A stretch of 64,000 nt of DNA, from NCBI RefSeq assembly GCF_009914755.1, contig NC_060926.1; one strand, given 5' to 3'. Under the pieces are notes generated by a model. It was not told the origin of the DNA and searched no databases. It saw only the letters and a program-made list of their open reading frames with translations. Each line of letters opens with the position of its first letter. The first letter of the stretch is position 1. The translations under genes and the position numbers were made by a program. This document shows positions 14,124-25,931 of the stretch, piece by piece. Source of the stretch: the human T2T-CHM13v2.0 reference genome, Homo sapiens.

Positions 14124-14439
14124 GGCCAGCACGGTGGCTCACTCTGTAAGCCCAGCACTTTGGGAGCCTGAGGCGAGAGGATGGCTTGAGGCCAGGGGCT
14201 CGAGACCAGCCTGGGCAACATAGTGAGATCCCCCCAATCAATTTTTTTTTTTTTTTAAAAACACCCTTTTTTTTTTTTAATTAGCTGCCAGCTACTTGGC
14301 AGGCTAAGGGAGGAGGATCCTTTAAGCCCAGGAGTTCAAAGTTGCAGTGAGCTATGATCGTGCCACTGCACTCCAGCCTGGGCAACAGAGCAAGACTCTG
14401 TCTATAAAATATATGTATATATATTATAGAAATTTTTAA
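14124..14439 (+). mobile_element. AluJ with an aberrant poly-T linker and (TA)n tail
   Basis: Both arms present; TSD AAGAACCA(G/A)GCTCT at 14110-14123 and 14440-14453. Confidence 0.9.
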
Positions 14440-14707
14440 AAGAACCAAGCTCTGGAATGGACTTGCTCCAGCACCTGGCCCATCCCAAGCCTGGAGGCTC
14501 ACTGGAGGAGGCCACATGGGGTCCACTCCATGTGCAGCAAGCACACCGAGGCCACAGGCTGCTGGGCCCACCTCCCCACCTCCCCACCGTGGGCGAAGTA
14601 CGTGGAGGATGTGAGGGAGGTTCTCAAGTGAGATGCTCACTCACAGTTATCCCCAAAGGACGGTCCAAACATGTGGAAAACATGTCTCCCGTAGAAAATG
14701 GAGAAAC

Positions 14708-15456
<749 letters not shown>

Positions 15457-15531
15457 GCCTTAGATGTCATAAATATTCATGACAAGGTCAGCCTTTTGTG
15501 GAGATTTGTCTCTGTGAAAAGCAAATTGGTT

Positions 15532-16192
<661 letters not shown>

Positions 16193-16209
16193 TTATACTC
16201 TAGGAGCTT

Positions 16210-16618
16210 GTGCTGGGTTGAAGAGTGTCCCCGCAAAATTAATGTCCACCTGGCACCTTAGAATGTGTCTTAACATGAGGTCATCCTGGATTCAGGTGAG
16301 CCCTAAATCCAATGACTGGCTTCCTCATGAGAAAAGAGAGATTTGGACACAGAAACGCACACAGAGGGAAGAGGCCATGGGAAGGCAAAGGCAGAAATTG
16401 GGTGATGGTCCACAGGCCAAGCAGCGCCCAGGACCACCAGGAGCACCAGAGGCCAGAGAGAGGCCAGGAATGAATTCACCCTCGGAGCCTCCAGAAGGAG
16501 CCACGTCTGCTGACACCTTGATTCAGTCTTCTGGCCTGCAAGACTTGAGCCAATACATTTCTGTTATAAGCCACACAGCTTGTGGTAAGGTCTTATGGCA
16601 GCCCAGGAAACTAACACA
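16210..16618 (+). mobile_element. MaLR solo LTR (MLT1B/C-like)
   Basis: TGTGCTGGGTTGAA start, ccctaaatccaatgactgg, ggaaactaacaca end. Confidence 0.85.
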
Positions 16619-16768
16619 GAACGTAACATAACTAACTCCCTTTGGGAGGTTATTAGCCTAACACAGAGCATCTGACCCAGCCTGGGTCCTTCTGAGCACA
16701 GGCCCCGAGGGAATGCAGGGGTGACATGCCTGTGCCGCCGGCCCTGCATTAGGCTCCCCCACCCCAGC

Positions 16769-17182
16769 TGTCAGGCCTCTGAGCCCAAGCTAAGCCATCA
16801 TATCCCCTGTGACCTGCACATACACATCCAGATGGCCAGTTCCTGCCTTAACTGATGACATTCCACCACAAAAGAAGTGAAAATGGCCTGTTCCTGCCTT
16901 AACTGATGACATTGCCTTGTGAAATTCTTTCTCCTGGCTCATCCTGGCTCAAAAGCTCCCCTACTGAGCACCTTGTGACCCCCTCCTCTGCCCACCAGAG
17001 AACAACCCCCCTTTGACTGTAATTTTCCTTTACCTACCCAAATCCTATAAAATGGCCCCACCCCTATCTCCCTTTGCTGACTCTCTTTTCAGACTCAGCC
17101 CACCTGCACCCATGTGAAATAAACAGCTTTATTGCTCACACAAAGCCTGTTTGGTGGTCTCTTCACATGGACGCTCATGAAA
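16769..17182 (+). promoter_or_regulatory. 5' LTR7
   Basis: TGTCAGGCCTCTGAGCCCAAG start; internal direct repeat ttcctgccttaactgatgacatt twice; TATAAAA 17046-17052; AATAAA 17118-17123. Confidence 0.97.
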
Positions 17183-17184
17183 TT

Positions 17185-17202
17185 TGGTGCCGTGACTCGG
17201 AT
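17185..17202 (+). other. Primer-binding site, tRNA-His
   Basis: TGGTGCCGTGACTCGGAT, complementary to the 3' 18 nt of tRNA-His. Confidence 0.95.
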
Positions 17203-17325
17203 CGGGGGACCTCCCTTGGGAGATCAATCCCCTGTCCTCCTGTTCTTTGCTCCATGAAAAATATCCACCTACGACCTCAGGTCCTCAGACCCACCAGCCC
17301 AAGGAACATCTCACCAATTTTAAAT

Positions 17326-17334
17326 CGGGTAAGC
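17326..17334 (+). promoter_or_regulatory. HERV-H major splice donor
   Basis: CGG|GTAAGC (GT at 17329-17330), about 150 nt past the 5' LTR. Confidence 0.8.
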
Positions 17335-17777
17335 GGCCTCTTCTTACTCTCTTCTCCAACCTCTCTCACTATCCCTCAACTACTTTCTCCTTTCCGCTCT
17401 TCAATCTCTCCCTTCTCTTAATTTCAATTCCTTTCATTTTCTGGTAGAGACAAAGGAGATGTGTTTTATCTGTGGACCCAAAACTCTGGCGCCAGTCACG
17501 GACTAGGGAAGGCAGACTTCCCTTGGTGTTTAATCATTGCAGGGATGCCTCTCTGATTATTCACCCAGGTTTCAGAGGTGTCAGACCACACAGGGATGCC
17601 TGCCTTGGTCCTTCACCCTTAGTGGCAAGTCCCGCTTTTCTGGGGGAGGGGCAAGTACCCCAACCCCTTCTCTCTGGGTCTCTACCCCTTCTCCGCCTTT
17701 CTGGGGGGCAAGAAACACCCAACCCCTTCTCCTTCCCCCTTAGTGGCAAGTCCCGCTTTTCTGGGGGAAGGGCAAGT

Positions 17778-18110
17778 ACCCCAACCTCATATCTCTGCAC
17801 TCCGATCCCTTATTTCTGCACCCTGACCTCTTATATCTCTGTGCCCCGATCCCCTTTTCCATGCCCCAACCTCTTATATCTCTGCGCCCCAATCCCTTAT
17901 TTCCGTGCCCCAACCTCTTATATCTCTGCGCCCCAATCCCTTATTTCTGTGCCCCAACCTCTTATATCTCTGTGCCCCGATCCCTTATTTCCATGCCCCA
18001 ACCTCTTATATCTCTGCACCCCGATTCCTTATTTCCGTGCCCCAACCTCTTATATCTCTGTACCCCGATCCCTTGTTTCCATGCCCCAACCTTGTATCTC
18101 TGCACCCCGA
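17778..18110 (+). repeat. 44-bp tandem repeat in the HERV-H leader (about 7.5 copies)
   Basis: Unit ~gtgccccaacctcttatatctctgcgccccaatcccttatttcc, recurring at 17861, 17905, 17949, 17993 and 18037. Confidence 0.92.
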
Positions 18111-18299
18111 CCCCTTCTCTGCTTTTCTGGAGGGCAAGAACCCCCCACCCCTTCTCCGTGTCTCTACTCTTTTCTCTGGACTTGCCTCCTTCACTATGGG
18201 CAAGCTTCCACCCTCCATTCCTCCTTCTTCTCCCTTAGCCTGTGTTCTTAAGAACTTAAAACCTCTTCAACTCTCACCTGACCTAAAATCTAAGCATCT

Positions 18300-19416
18300 T
18301 ATTTTCTTCTACAATGCCACCTGACCTCAATACAAACTCAACAGCAGTTCCAAATAGCCGGAAAATGGCACTTTCAATTTTTCCATCCTACAAGATCTAA
18401 ATAATTCTTGTCATAAAATGGGCAAATGATCTGAGGTGCCTGACGTCCAGGCATTCTTTTACACATCAGTCCCTTCCTAGTCTCTGTACCCAGTGCAACT
18501 CATCCCAAATCTTCCTTCTTTCCCTCCCACCTGTCCCCCTCAGTCCCAACCCCAAGCGTCACTGAGTCTTTCTAATCTTCCTTTTCTACAGACCCATCTG
18601 ACCTCTCCCTCCTCCCCAGGCTGCTCCTCGCCAGGCCGAGCTAGGTCCCAATTCTTCCTCAGCCTCTGCTCCTCCACCCTATAATCCTTTTATCACCTCA
18701 CCTGCTCACACCCGGTCTGGCTTACAGTTTCATTCCGTGACTAGCCCTCCCCCACCTGCCCAGCAATTTACTCTTAAAAGGGTGGCTGGAGCTAAAGCCA
18801 TAGTCAAGGTTAATGCTCCTTTTTCTTTATCCCAAATCAGAAGCGTTTAGGCTCTTTTTCATCAAATATAAAAACCCAGCCCAGTTCATGACTCGTTTCG
18901 CAGCAACCCTGAGACACTTTACAGCCCTAGACCCTAAAAGGTCAAAAGGCCATCTTATTCTCAAAATACATTTTATTACCCAATCTGCTCCCAACATTAA
19001 ATAAAACTCCAAAAATTAAATTCCGTCCCTCAAACCCCACAACAGGATTTAATTAACCTCACCTTCAAGGTATACAATAATAGAAAAAAGTTGCAATTCC
19101 TTGCCTCCACTGTGAGACAAACCCCAGCCACATCTCCAGCGCACAAGAACTTCCAAACGCCTGAACCGCAGCGGCCAGGCGTTCCTCCAGAACCTCCTCC
19201 CCCAGGAACTTGCTACAAGTGCCAGAAATCTGGCCACCAGGCCAAGGAATGCCTGCAGCCCAGGATTCCTCCTAAGCCGCGTCCCATCTTTGCGGGACCC
19301 CAGTGGAAATTGGACTGTCCAACTCACCTGGCAGCCACTCCCAGAGCCCCTGGAACTCTGGCCCAAGGCTCTCTGACTCCCTCCCAGATCTTCTTGGCTT
19401 AGCGGCTGAAGACTGA
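18300..19416 (+). pseudogene. HERV-H gag remnant with nucleocapsid zinc knuckle
   Basis: CYKCQKSGHQAKEC (CX2CX4HX4C) at 19211-19252; second knuckle degenerate; stops and frameshifts; GAC TGA gag/pro junction at 19411-19416. 5' boundary approximate. Confidence 0.88.
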
Positions 19417-19780
19417 CGCTGCCCGATCGCCTCGGAAGCCCCCTAGACCATCACGGACGCCGAGCTTCGGGTAACTCTCACAGTGGAGGGTAAGTCTTTC
19501 CCCTTCTTAATCAATACCGAGGCTACCCACTCCACATTACCTTCTTTTCAAGGGCCTGTTTCCCTTGCCTCCATAACTGTTGTGGGTATTGACGGCCAGG
19601 CTTCTAAACCTCTTAAAACTCCCCAACTCTGGTGCCAATTAGACAATACTCTTTTAAGCACTCCTTTTTAGTTATCCCCACCTGCCCAGTTCCCTTATTG
19701 GCCGAGACACTTTAAATTATCTGCTTCCCTGACTATTCCTGGATTACAGCTGCATCTCATTGCTGCCCTTCTTCCCAATC
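19417..19780 (+). pseudogene. HERV-H protease remnant (inactive)
   Basis: FLINTEATHSTL in place of FLIDTGA (19513-19524); frameshift after LWCQL. Confidence 0.85.
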
Positions 19781-21650
19781 CAAAGCCTCCTTTGCGTCCT
19801 CCTCTTGTATTTCCCCACCTTAACCCTCAAGTATAAGATACCTCTACTCCCTCCTTGGCGACCGATCATGCACCCCTTACCATCTCATTAAAACCTAATC
19901 ATCCTTACCCCACTCAGTGCCAATATCCCATCCCACAGCATGCTTTGAAAGGATTAAAGCCCGTTATCACTTGCCTGCTACAGCATGGCCTTTTAAAGCC
20001 TATAAACTCTCCTTACAATTCCCCCATTTTACCTGTCCTAAAACCAGACAAGCCTTACAAGTTAGTTCAGGATCTATGCCTTATCAACAAAATTGTTTTG
20101 ACTATCCCCCCCATGGTGCCAAACCCATATACTCTCCTATCCTCAATACCTCCCTCCACAGTCCATTATTCTGTTCTGGATCTCAAACATGCTTTCTTTA
20201 CTATTCCTTTGCACCCATCATCCCAGCCTCTCTTTGCTTTCACTTGGACTGACCCTGACACCCATCAGACTCAGCAAATTACCTGGGCTGTACTGCCACA
20301 AAGCTTCACAGACAGCCCCCATTACTTCAGTCAAGCCTAATTTCTTCCTTACCTGTTACCTATCTCAGCATAATTTCATAAAAACACACGTGCTCTCCCT
20401 GCTGATCATGTCTGATTAATCTCCCAAACCTCAATCCCTTCTACAGAACAACAACTCCTTTCCTTCCTAGGCATGGTTAGTGCAGTCAGAATTCTTACAC
20501 AAGAGCCAGGACAGCACCCTGTAGCCTTTCTGTCCAAACAACTCGACCTTACTGTTTTAGCCTAGCCATCATGTCTCCGTGCAGCGGCTGTTGCCGCCCT
20601 AATAGTTTTAGAGGCCCTCAAAATCACAAACTATGCTCAATTTACTCTCTACATTCCTCATAACTTCCAAAATCTATTTTCTTCCTCATACCTGACGCAT
20701 ATACTTTCTGCTCCCTGGCTCCTTCAGCTGTACTCACTCTTTGTTAAGTCCCACAATTACCATTGTTCCTGGCCCGGACTTCAATCCAGCCTCCCACATT
20801 ATTCCTGATACCACACCTGACCCCCATGACTGTATCTCTCTGATCCAACTGACATTCACCCCATTTCCCCATATTTCCTTCTTTCCTGTTCCTCACCCTG
20901 ATCACGCTTGATTTATTGATGGCAGTTCCACCAGGCCTAATCGCCACACACCAGCAAAGGCAGGCTATGCTATAGTACAAGCCACTAGCCCGCCTCTTAG
21001 AACCTCTCATTTCCTTTCCATCATGGAAATCTATCCTCAAGGAAATAACTTCTCAGTGTTCCATCTGCTATTCTACTACTCCTCAGGGATTATTCAGGCC
21101 CCCTCCCTTCCCTACACATCAAGCTCGAGGATTTGCCCCACCCAGGACTGGCAAATTAGCTTTACTCAACGTGCCCCGAGTCAGATAACTAAAATACCTC
21201 TTAGTCTAGGTAGACACTTTCACTGGATAGGTACAGGCCTTTCCTACAGGGTCTGAGAAGGCCACCGCAGTCATTTCTTCCTTTCTGTCAGACATAATTC
21301 CTCAGTTTAGCCTTCCCACCTCTATACAGTCTGATAACAGACCAGCCTTTATTAGTCAAATCAGCCAAGCAGTTTTTCAGGCTCTTAGTATTCAGTGAAA
21401 CCTTTATATCCCTTACGGTCCTCCGTCTTCAGGAAAAGTAGAACGGACTAAAGGTCTTTTAAAAACACACCTCACCAAGCTCAGCCACCAACTTAAAAAG
21501 GACTGGACAATACTTTTACCACTTTCCCTTCTCAGAAGTCAGACCTGTCCTCAGAATGCTGCAAGGTACAGCCCATTTGAGCTCCTGTATAGACGCTCTT
21601 TTTATTAGGACCCAGTCTCATTCCAGACACCAGACCAACTTAGACTGTGC
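19781..21650 (+). pseudogene. HERV-H pol remnant (RT N-terminus, RNase H, integrase)
   Basis: ORF 19855-20340 contains SPYNSPILPV, VLDLKHAFF and LPQSFTDSP, then stops before any YxDD; FIDGSS RNase H motif ~20911; integrase-like VDTFTG and SGKVER segments. Confidence 0.92.
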
Positions 21651-22214
21651 CCCAAAAAAACTTGTCATCCCTACTATCTTCTGTCTAGTCATACTCCTAT
21701 TTACCGTTCTCGACTACTCATACATGCCCTGCTCTTGTTTACACTGCCGGTTTACACTGTTTCTCCAAGCCATCACAGCTGATATCTCCTGGTGCTATCC
21801 TCAAACTGCCACTCTTAACTCTTGAAGTAAATAAATAGTCTTTGCTGGCAGGACTATGCTGAATCTCCTTAGGCACTCTCTAATTAGATGTCCTGGGTCC
21901 TCCCAATTCTTAGACCTTTTATACCTGTTTTTCTCCGTTATTCCATTTAGTTTTTCAATTCATACAAAACCGTATCCAGGCCATCACCAATAATTCTACA
22001 CGACAAATGTTTCTTCTAACATCCCCACAATCTCACCCCTTACCACAAGACCTCCCTTCAGCTTAATCTCTCCCACTCTAGGTTCCCACGCCGCCCCTAA
22101 TCCCGCTCGAAGCAGCCCTGAGAAACATCGCCCATTATCTCTCCATACCAGCCCCCAAAATTTTCACCGTCCCAACACTTTACCACTATTTCGTTTTATT
22201 TTTCTTATTAATAT

Positions 22215-22227
22215 AAGAAGACAGGAA
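22215..22227 (+). other. Polypurine tract
   Basis: AAGAAGACAGGAA immediately 5' of the 3' LTR. Confidence 0.85.
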
Positions 22228-22641
22228 TGTCAGGCCTCTGAGCCCAAGCTAAGCCATCATATCCCCTGTGACCTGCACATACACATCCAGATGGCCAGTT
22301 CCTGCCTTAACTGATGACATTCCACCACAAAAGAAGTGAAAATGGCCTGTTCCTGCCTTAACTGATGACATTGTCTTGTGAAATTCCTTCTCCTGGCTCA
22401 TCCTGGCTCAAAAGCTCCCCTACTGAGCACCTTGTGATCCCCCACTCTGCCCGCCAGAGAACAACCCCCCTTTGACTGTAATTTTCCTTTACCTACCCAA
22501 ATCCTATAAAACGGCCCCACCCCTATCTCCCTTTGCTGACTCTCTTTTCAGACTCAGCCCACCTGCACCCATGTGAAATAAACAGCTTTATTGCTCACAC
22601 AAAGCCTGTTTGGTGGTCTCTTCACATGGACGCTCATGAAA
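22228..22641 (+). promoter_or_regulatory. 3' LTR7
   Basis: 414-bp direct repeat of the 5' LTR (7 mismatches by manual comparison); AATAAA 22577-22582. Confidence 0.97.
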
Positions 22642-23163
22642 CCAGCCACAGCTGAAGAGTACCTGGCACCAAGTGTAACCAACATCGATAATGATCACAA
22701 CACAAATGCACGTTCACCGTGTGTTGGGTGTTGTGCTCCAAGTGACCAACTGGACCACCATATTTTCTGGCTAAGCATTTGGCCATGATGGCAGAAATCA
22801 ATAAGACAGACAGAGAAAAGGAACAGGAGTGGGGTTGTGACAGCGGTGACACTCTAGAGAGGAGGTGGATTATAATTTGGTACCTAGAACTGAATTGCTT
22901 CACGCTGGCTCCCATGAGACCTAGGCTATGGCTAGAATTCCCCAACAGGAAAGTCCCCATCACTCCTTGCAGCTGAAGCTGCAGCTGGGCAGAAGGGGGC
23001 TGAGCTGACACTGCAAACCTGCATGGGTGGGCTTTGGGCTCCAAGCAGGGGCCTTTGCCTGGGGATCACTCCCCAACCACCACCTGGTCTCCCAGCCCTG
23101 CGGGCAGAATGGGCTCCAGGGTAGCTCTCAGAACAACAGAGCCCTCTCCTCTCCCCTCTGCAG

Positions 23164-23238
23164 ATGGAACCCCCGGCATCTGCTCCTAGTAGAGGCCAGT
23201 CTGGGCCTGACCTGGCATTCCACCCTGCAGATAGCGAG
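23164..23238 (+). other. Candidate 75-nt exon
   Basis: ccctctcctctcccctctgcag acceptor ending at 23163; donor GAG|GTAAGT at 23238/23239. Confidence 0.45.
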
Positions 23239-23477
23239 GTAAGTTTGGCAAGCACAGAGAGAGGCACCAGACTTGTCCTGATGGTCTTGGGTTTGGAGCT
23301 CACTGCCCTCCTTGCTGGAATAAGCTGCTGGGTGCAGTTTACTCAACCTCTCAGGGGCTCAGTTCATCTATCTGTAAAAGTCAGATAAATCTGGGCCTAA
23401 CCTATGGGAGGGTATGAAAATGAACCTCCTGAGATCAGGTATGCACAGAGCTTGGCACTAGTAACTCAACGGTGTAC

Positions 23478-23604
23478 TTTTATTTTTTTAAGACGGGGTC
23501 TCACTTTGTTGCCCAGGCTAGTCTTGAACTCCTGGAGTCAAGCAATCCTCCTGCCTCGGCCTCCCAAAGTGCTGGGGTTATAGGTGTGAGCCATTGTGCC
23601 CAGT
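23478..23604 (-). mobile_element. Free left Alu monomer, adjacent to a MIR remnant (~23310-23470)
   Basis: Reverse-strand left arm; flanking ctcaac(g/a)gtgta duplication. Confidence 0.85.
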
Positions 23605-25872
23605 CTCAACAGTGTATTTTAAAAAGTTCTTTGGTTGCAATTTATCAAACCAACTCAAGGTAACTAGAGTAAAGGAGATTTTATTAGATGTCTGCTGAGG
23701 TTGATCATGGAAACTGGGGACAGCTGGGCCTGGAATCAGTAAAGGGAGAGCTGTCATCCCTGTGATGGGGATAATCTCTGTGCCTTTTGTCTGGCTGCTC
23801 TGCTTCTCTGTGCTCACAGCAGTCCACAGCTCAGGTGTTGAGAGGGGACCAGCCCTACCAGGCTGTCAGTCACTCCACCCCATCCCAAATTCACATGGGG
23901 TCATCAAGGGCTGGGAAGCTTGGGGAGGTGGGTGGAGGAGCAGGAAGCACATGAACAAACATGGTGGAAGGAGGAAGCTCTGAGCAAAGGGGAGTTCTCA
24001 GCAGAACAGAGACCCCACAAAGGGATGGCTGTCACTTTAATAATCATCATTAAACCATGCATTGCCTGCAAACTCCAAAGCATGACGACTGACCTGGTCA
24101 TATACTGTTTCAAGTTATCAGAACAAATGTACCTAATAGGCATTCTGATTCCAGGGGGGAAGGAAAGACGCCAGTGGTTGTTCAGAAAGCCACAGGAAGC
24201 ACCAAAGAGGGGGCCCGGCTCAGTGGTTGCGTCACTCTGTTGCAGGCTTACAACGGGAAAGGCCCTGGGCCCATGTGTTGTCAGACAGACCCTGTACTCT
24301 GTTATCTCCATAACTGGCCTCTGTGAATGCTCAACCTGTATGATGTGTTTCCAAGATAAGGGGTCAAGTGGGTTTGGAATGACCATTCCTGGCATTCCTT
24401 CCTAGAGAGTCAATGCACAATTGCATATCAAAGACCTCCAGCAGTCTCACAGTGCTGAGACCTATTTACCTTTGTTAACTGCAGCATTCCCCAAAGGTAC
24501 TGGAGCTGAAATGCATTTTTCATAAAACACCTGTTATCACGCCCTGGAACTAGCGCTGCCTGACACTAGCGCCTCCTCTGGGCTGTCTCTGACGGCACAT
24601 CCTGTCCTGAGACCCTGTGCTGCCAAGAAACCCCATTCCGCCCTCAGGCTCTGTTCTGAGAGCAGCCCTCCTCCCATTGCATTGGGAACCTCACCCAGGC
24701 CTCCTCCTCTGCCCTTGGTAATCCCGACAGTCCACTCTGCTCAGCTTCATCACAGCATCTAACCCCCAGTTGCTCTTCTGTACACTCTGAATTTCCCATT
24801 TAAATTTATTCCCAGGACTAAACCAAACTCCCAGGAGCACTGTGACCAGCACAGGATGGAGTCAACGCACCCCTTCTCTTGCATAGTAGATCTCATCCTT
24901 CATTAAGTACTTATCAGAAACCTTCCCAAGCTCCCAGAACTGTGCCAGAAACTGTGGGGCCACACAGAAATAGAAAGCAATCCCTGTCCTCAGAGAGCTT
25001 ATTGTCTATCGAGGAGCCCAAAGAGAGCTTCGCAAGTTAAATAACAATATAAAAATTAAATTATTCACATGGGCACTAGACGTGTTGTAGTAACAGTATA
25101 TGGTAAGCCCCTAAGACATAAGGAGCTGTTAGAATCATCAGACGCGCTCAGCCCCCAACCCCAACCCCCAGGAATGCTATGGATGCATTGGAAGAAAATA
25201 CCAATTTAGAAACCAGGCAAGTGGGAGCAGAAACCTGGTCTGCTTCCATTTATCTTTTTTCCTATCCAGGTTCACTGGGGAGGATTCTTCTCCCTAAATA
25301 CTGAGGCCTGAGTAGGAAATTATCCTCCCAGAACATAGCAGGGTCCGGAAGAAGACATTTTCCAAGGAGGCAGAACTGGGGGAGAAGCTGGAGTGAGACT
25401 GCACAGAGGAAGGTTTTTTATTCCAAGGATGACAATTGTGGGAGCCCTGATAACCACAAGATATGCTATAACGGGGCAAGAGAAAAGAGGGCCTTTCAAG
25501 TATCCTGGAGGCGACTTGCCTTCACCTTGAGTTCAGCCAAAGAAGAATGCACCACTTCTCCTATTCCCAAGGGTCACTCCGTGAATATTGGTTGAATTTG
25601 TGAGTGAGCGAGTGAATGGGTGGGTAAATGAAAAATACAAAAACAAAAAGGTCAGGCTTCCCACCTGGAGCACACAGGGACCAGCACAGGACTCAATGGC
25701 TATGTGAATGCAGGAACTGCCACATCCCTTTAGGAAATGAAACAATTTGAAACAATCTGAGTATACTGTTTCAATGGCTTTTCCTAAAATCCATTCATCA
25801 ACCAGCAGGAAAAGACTAAAGCAAGTTCTCACCCGAGATTGGGAAGCAGAAAGTTAATGAGCTACCTGACAT

Positions 25873-25931
25873 TCTCTCTCCTCTCTCTCTCTCTCTCTGA
25901 CACGCACACAACACACACACACACACACACA
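25873..25931. repeat. Compound (CT)n(CA)n microsatellite
   Basis: Read directly from the sequence. Confidence 0.95.

Larger units (their letters stand above)
16769..22641 (+). mobile_element. HERV-H provirus (5873 bp, common internally deleted type)
   Basis: Two 414-bp LTRs, 5-bp TSD CCAGC (16764-16768 and 22642-22646), tRNA-His PBS, polypurine tract, gag/pro/pol remnants. Confidence 0.98.

Noticed and set aside
17778-18110. CRISPR-like appearance of the 44-bp, 38-bp and 63-bp repeats
   Set aside because: Units are contiguous with no unique spacers, there are no cas genes, and the DNA is primate
17472-18324. 259-aa and overlapping ORFs in the HERV-H leader
   Set aside because: Produced by the stop-poor 44-bp repeat; non-ATG starts and no gag homology
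21650-22214. Intact HERV-H env
   Set aside because: Only about 0.5 kb remains between integrase and the polypurine tract, with no long ORF
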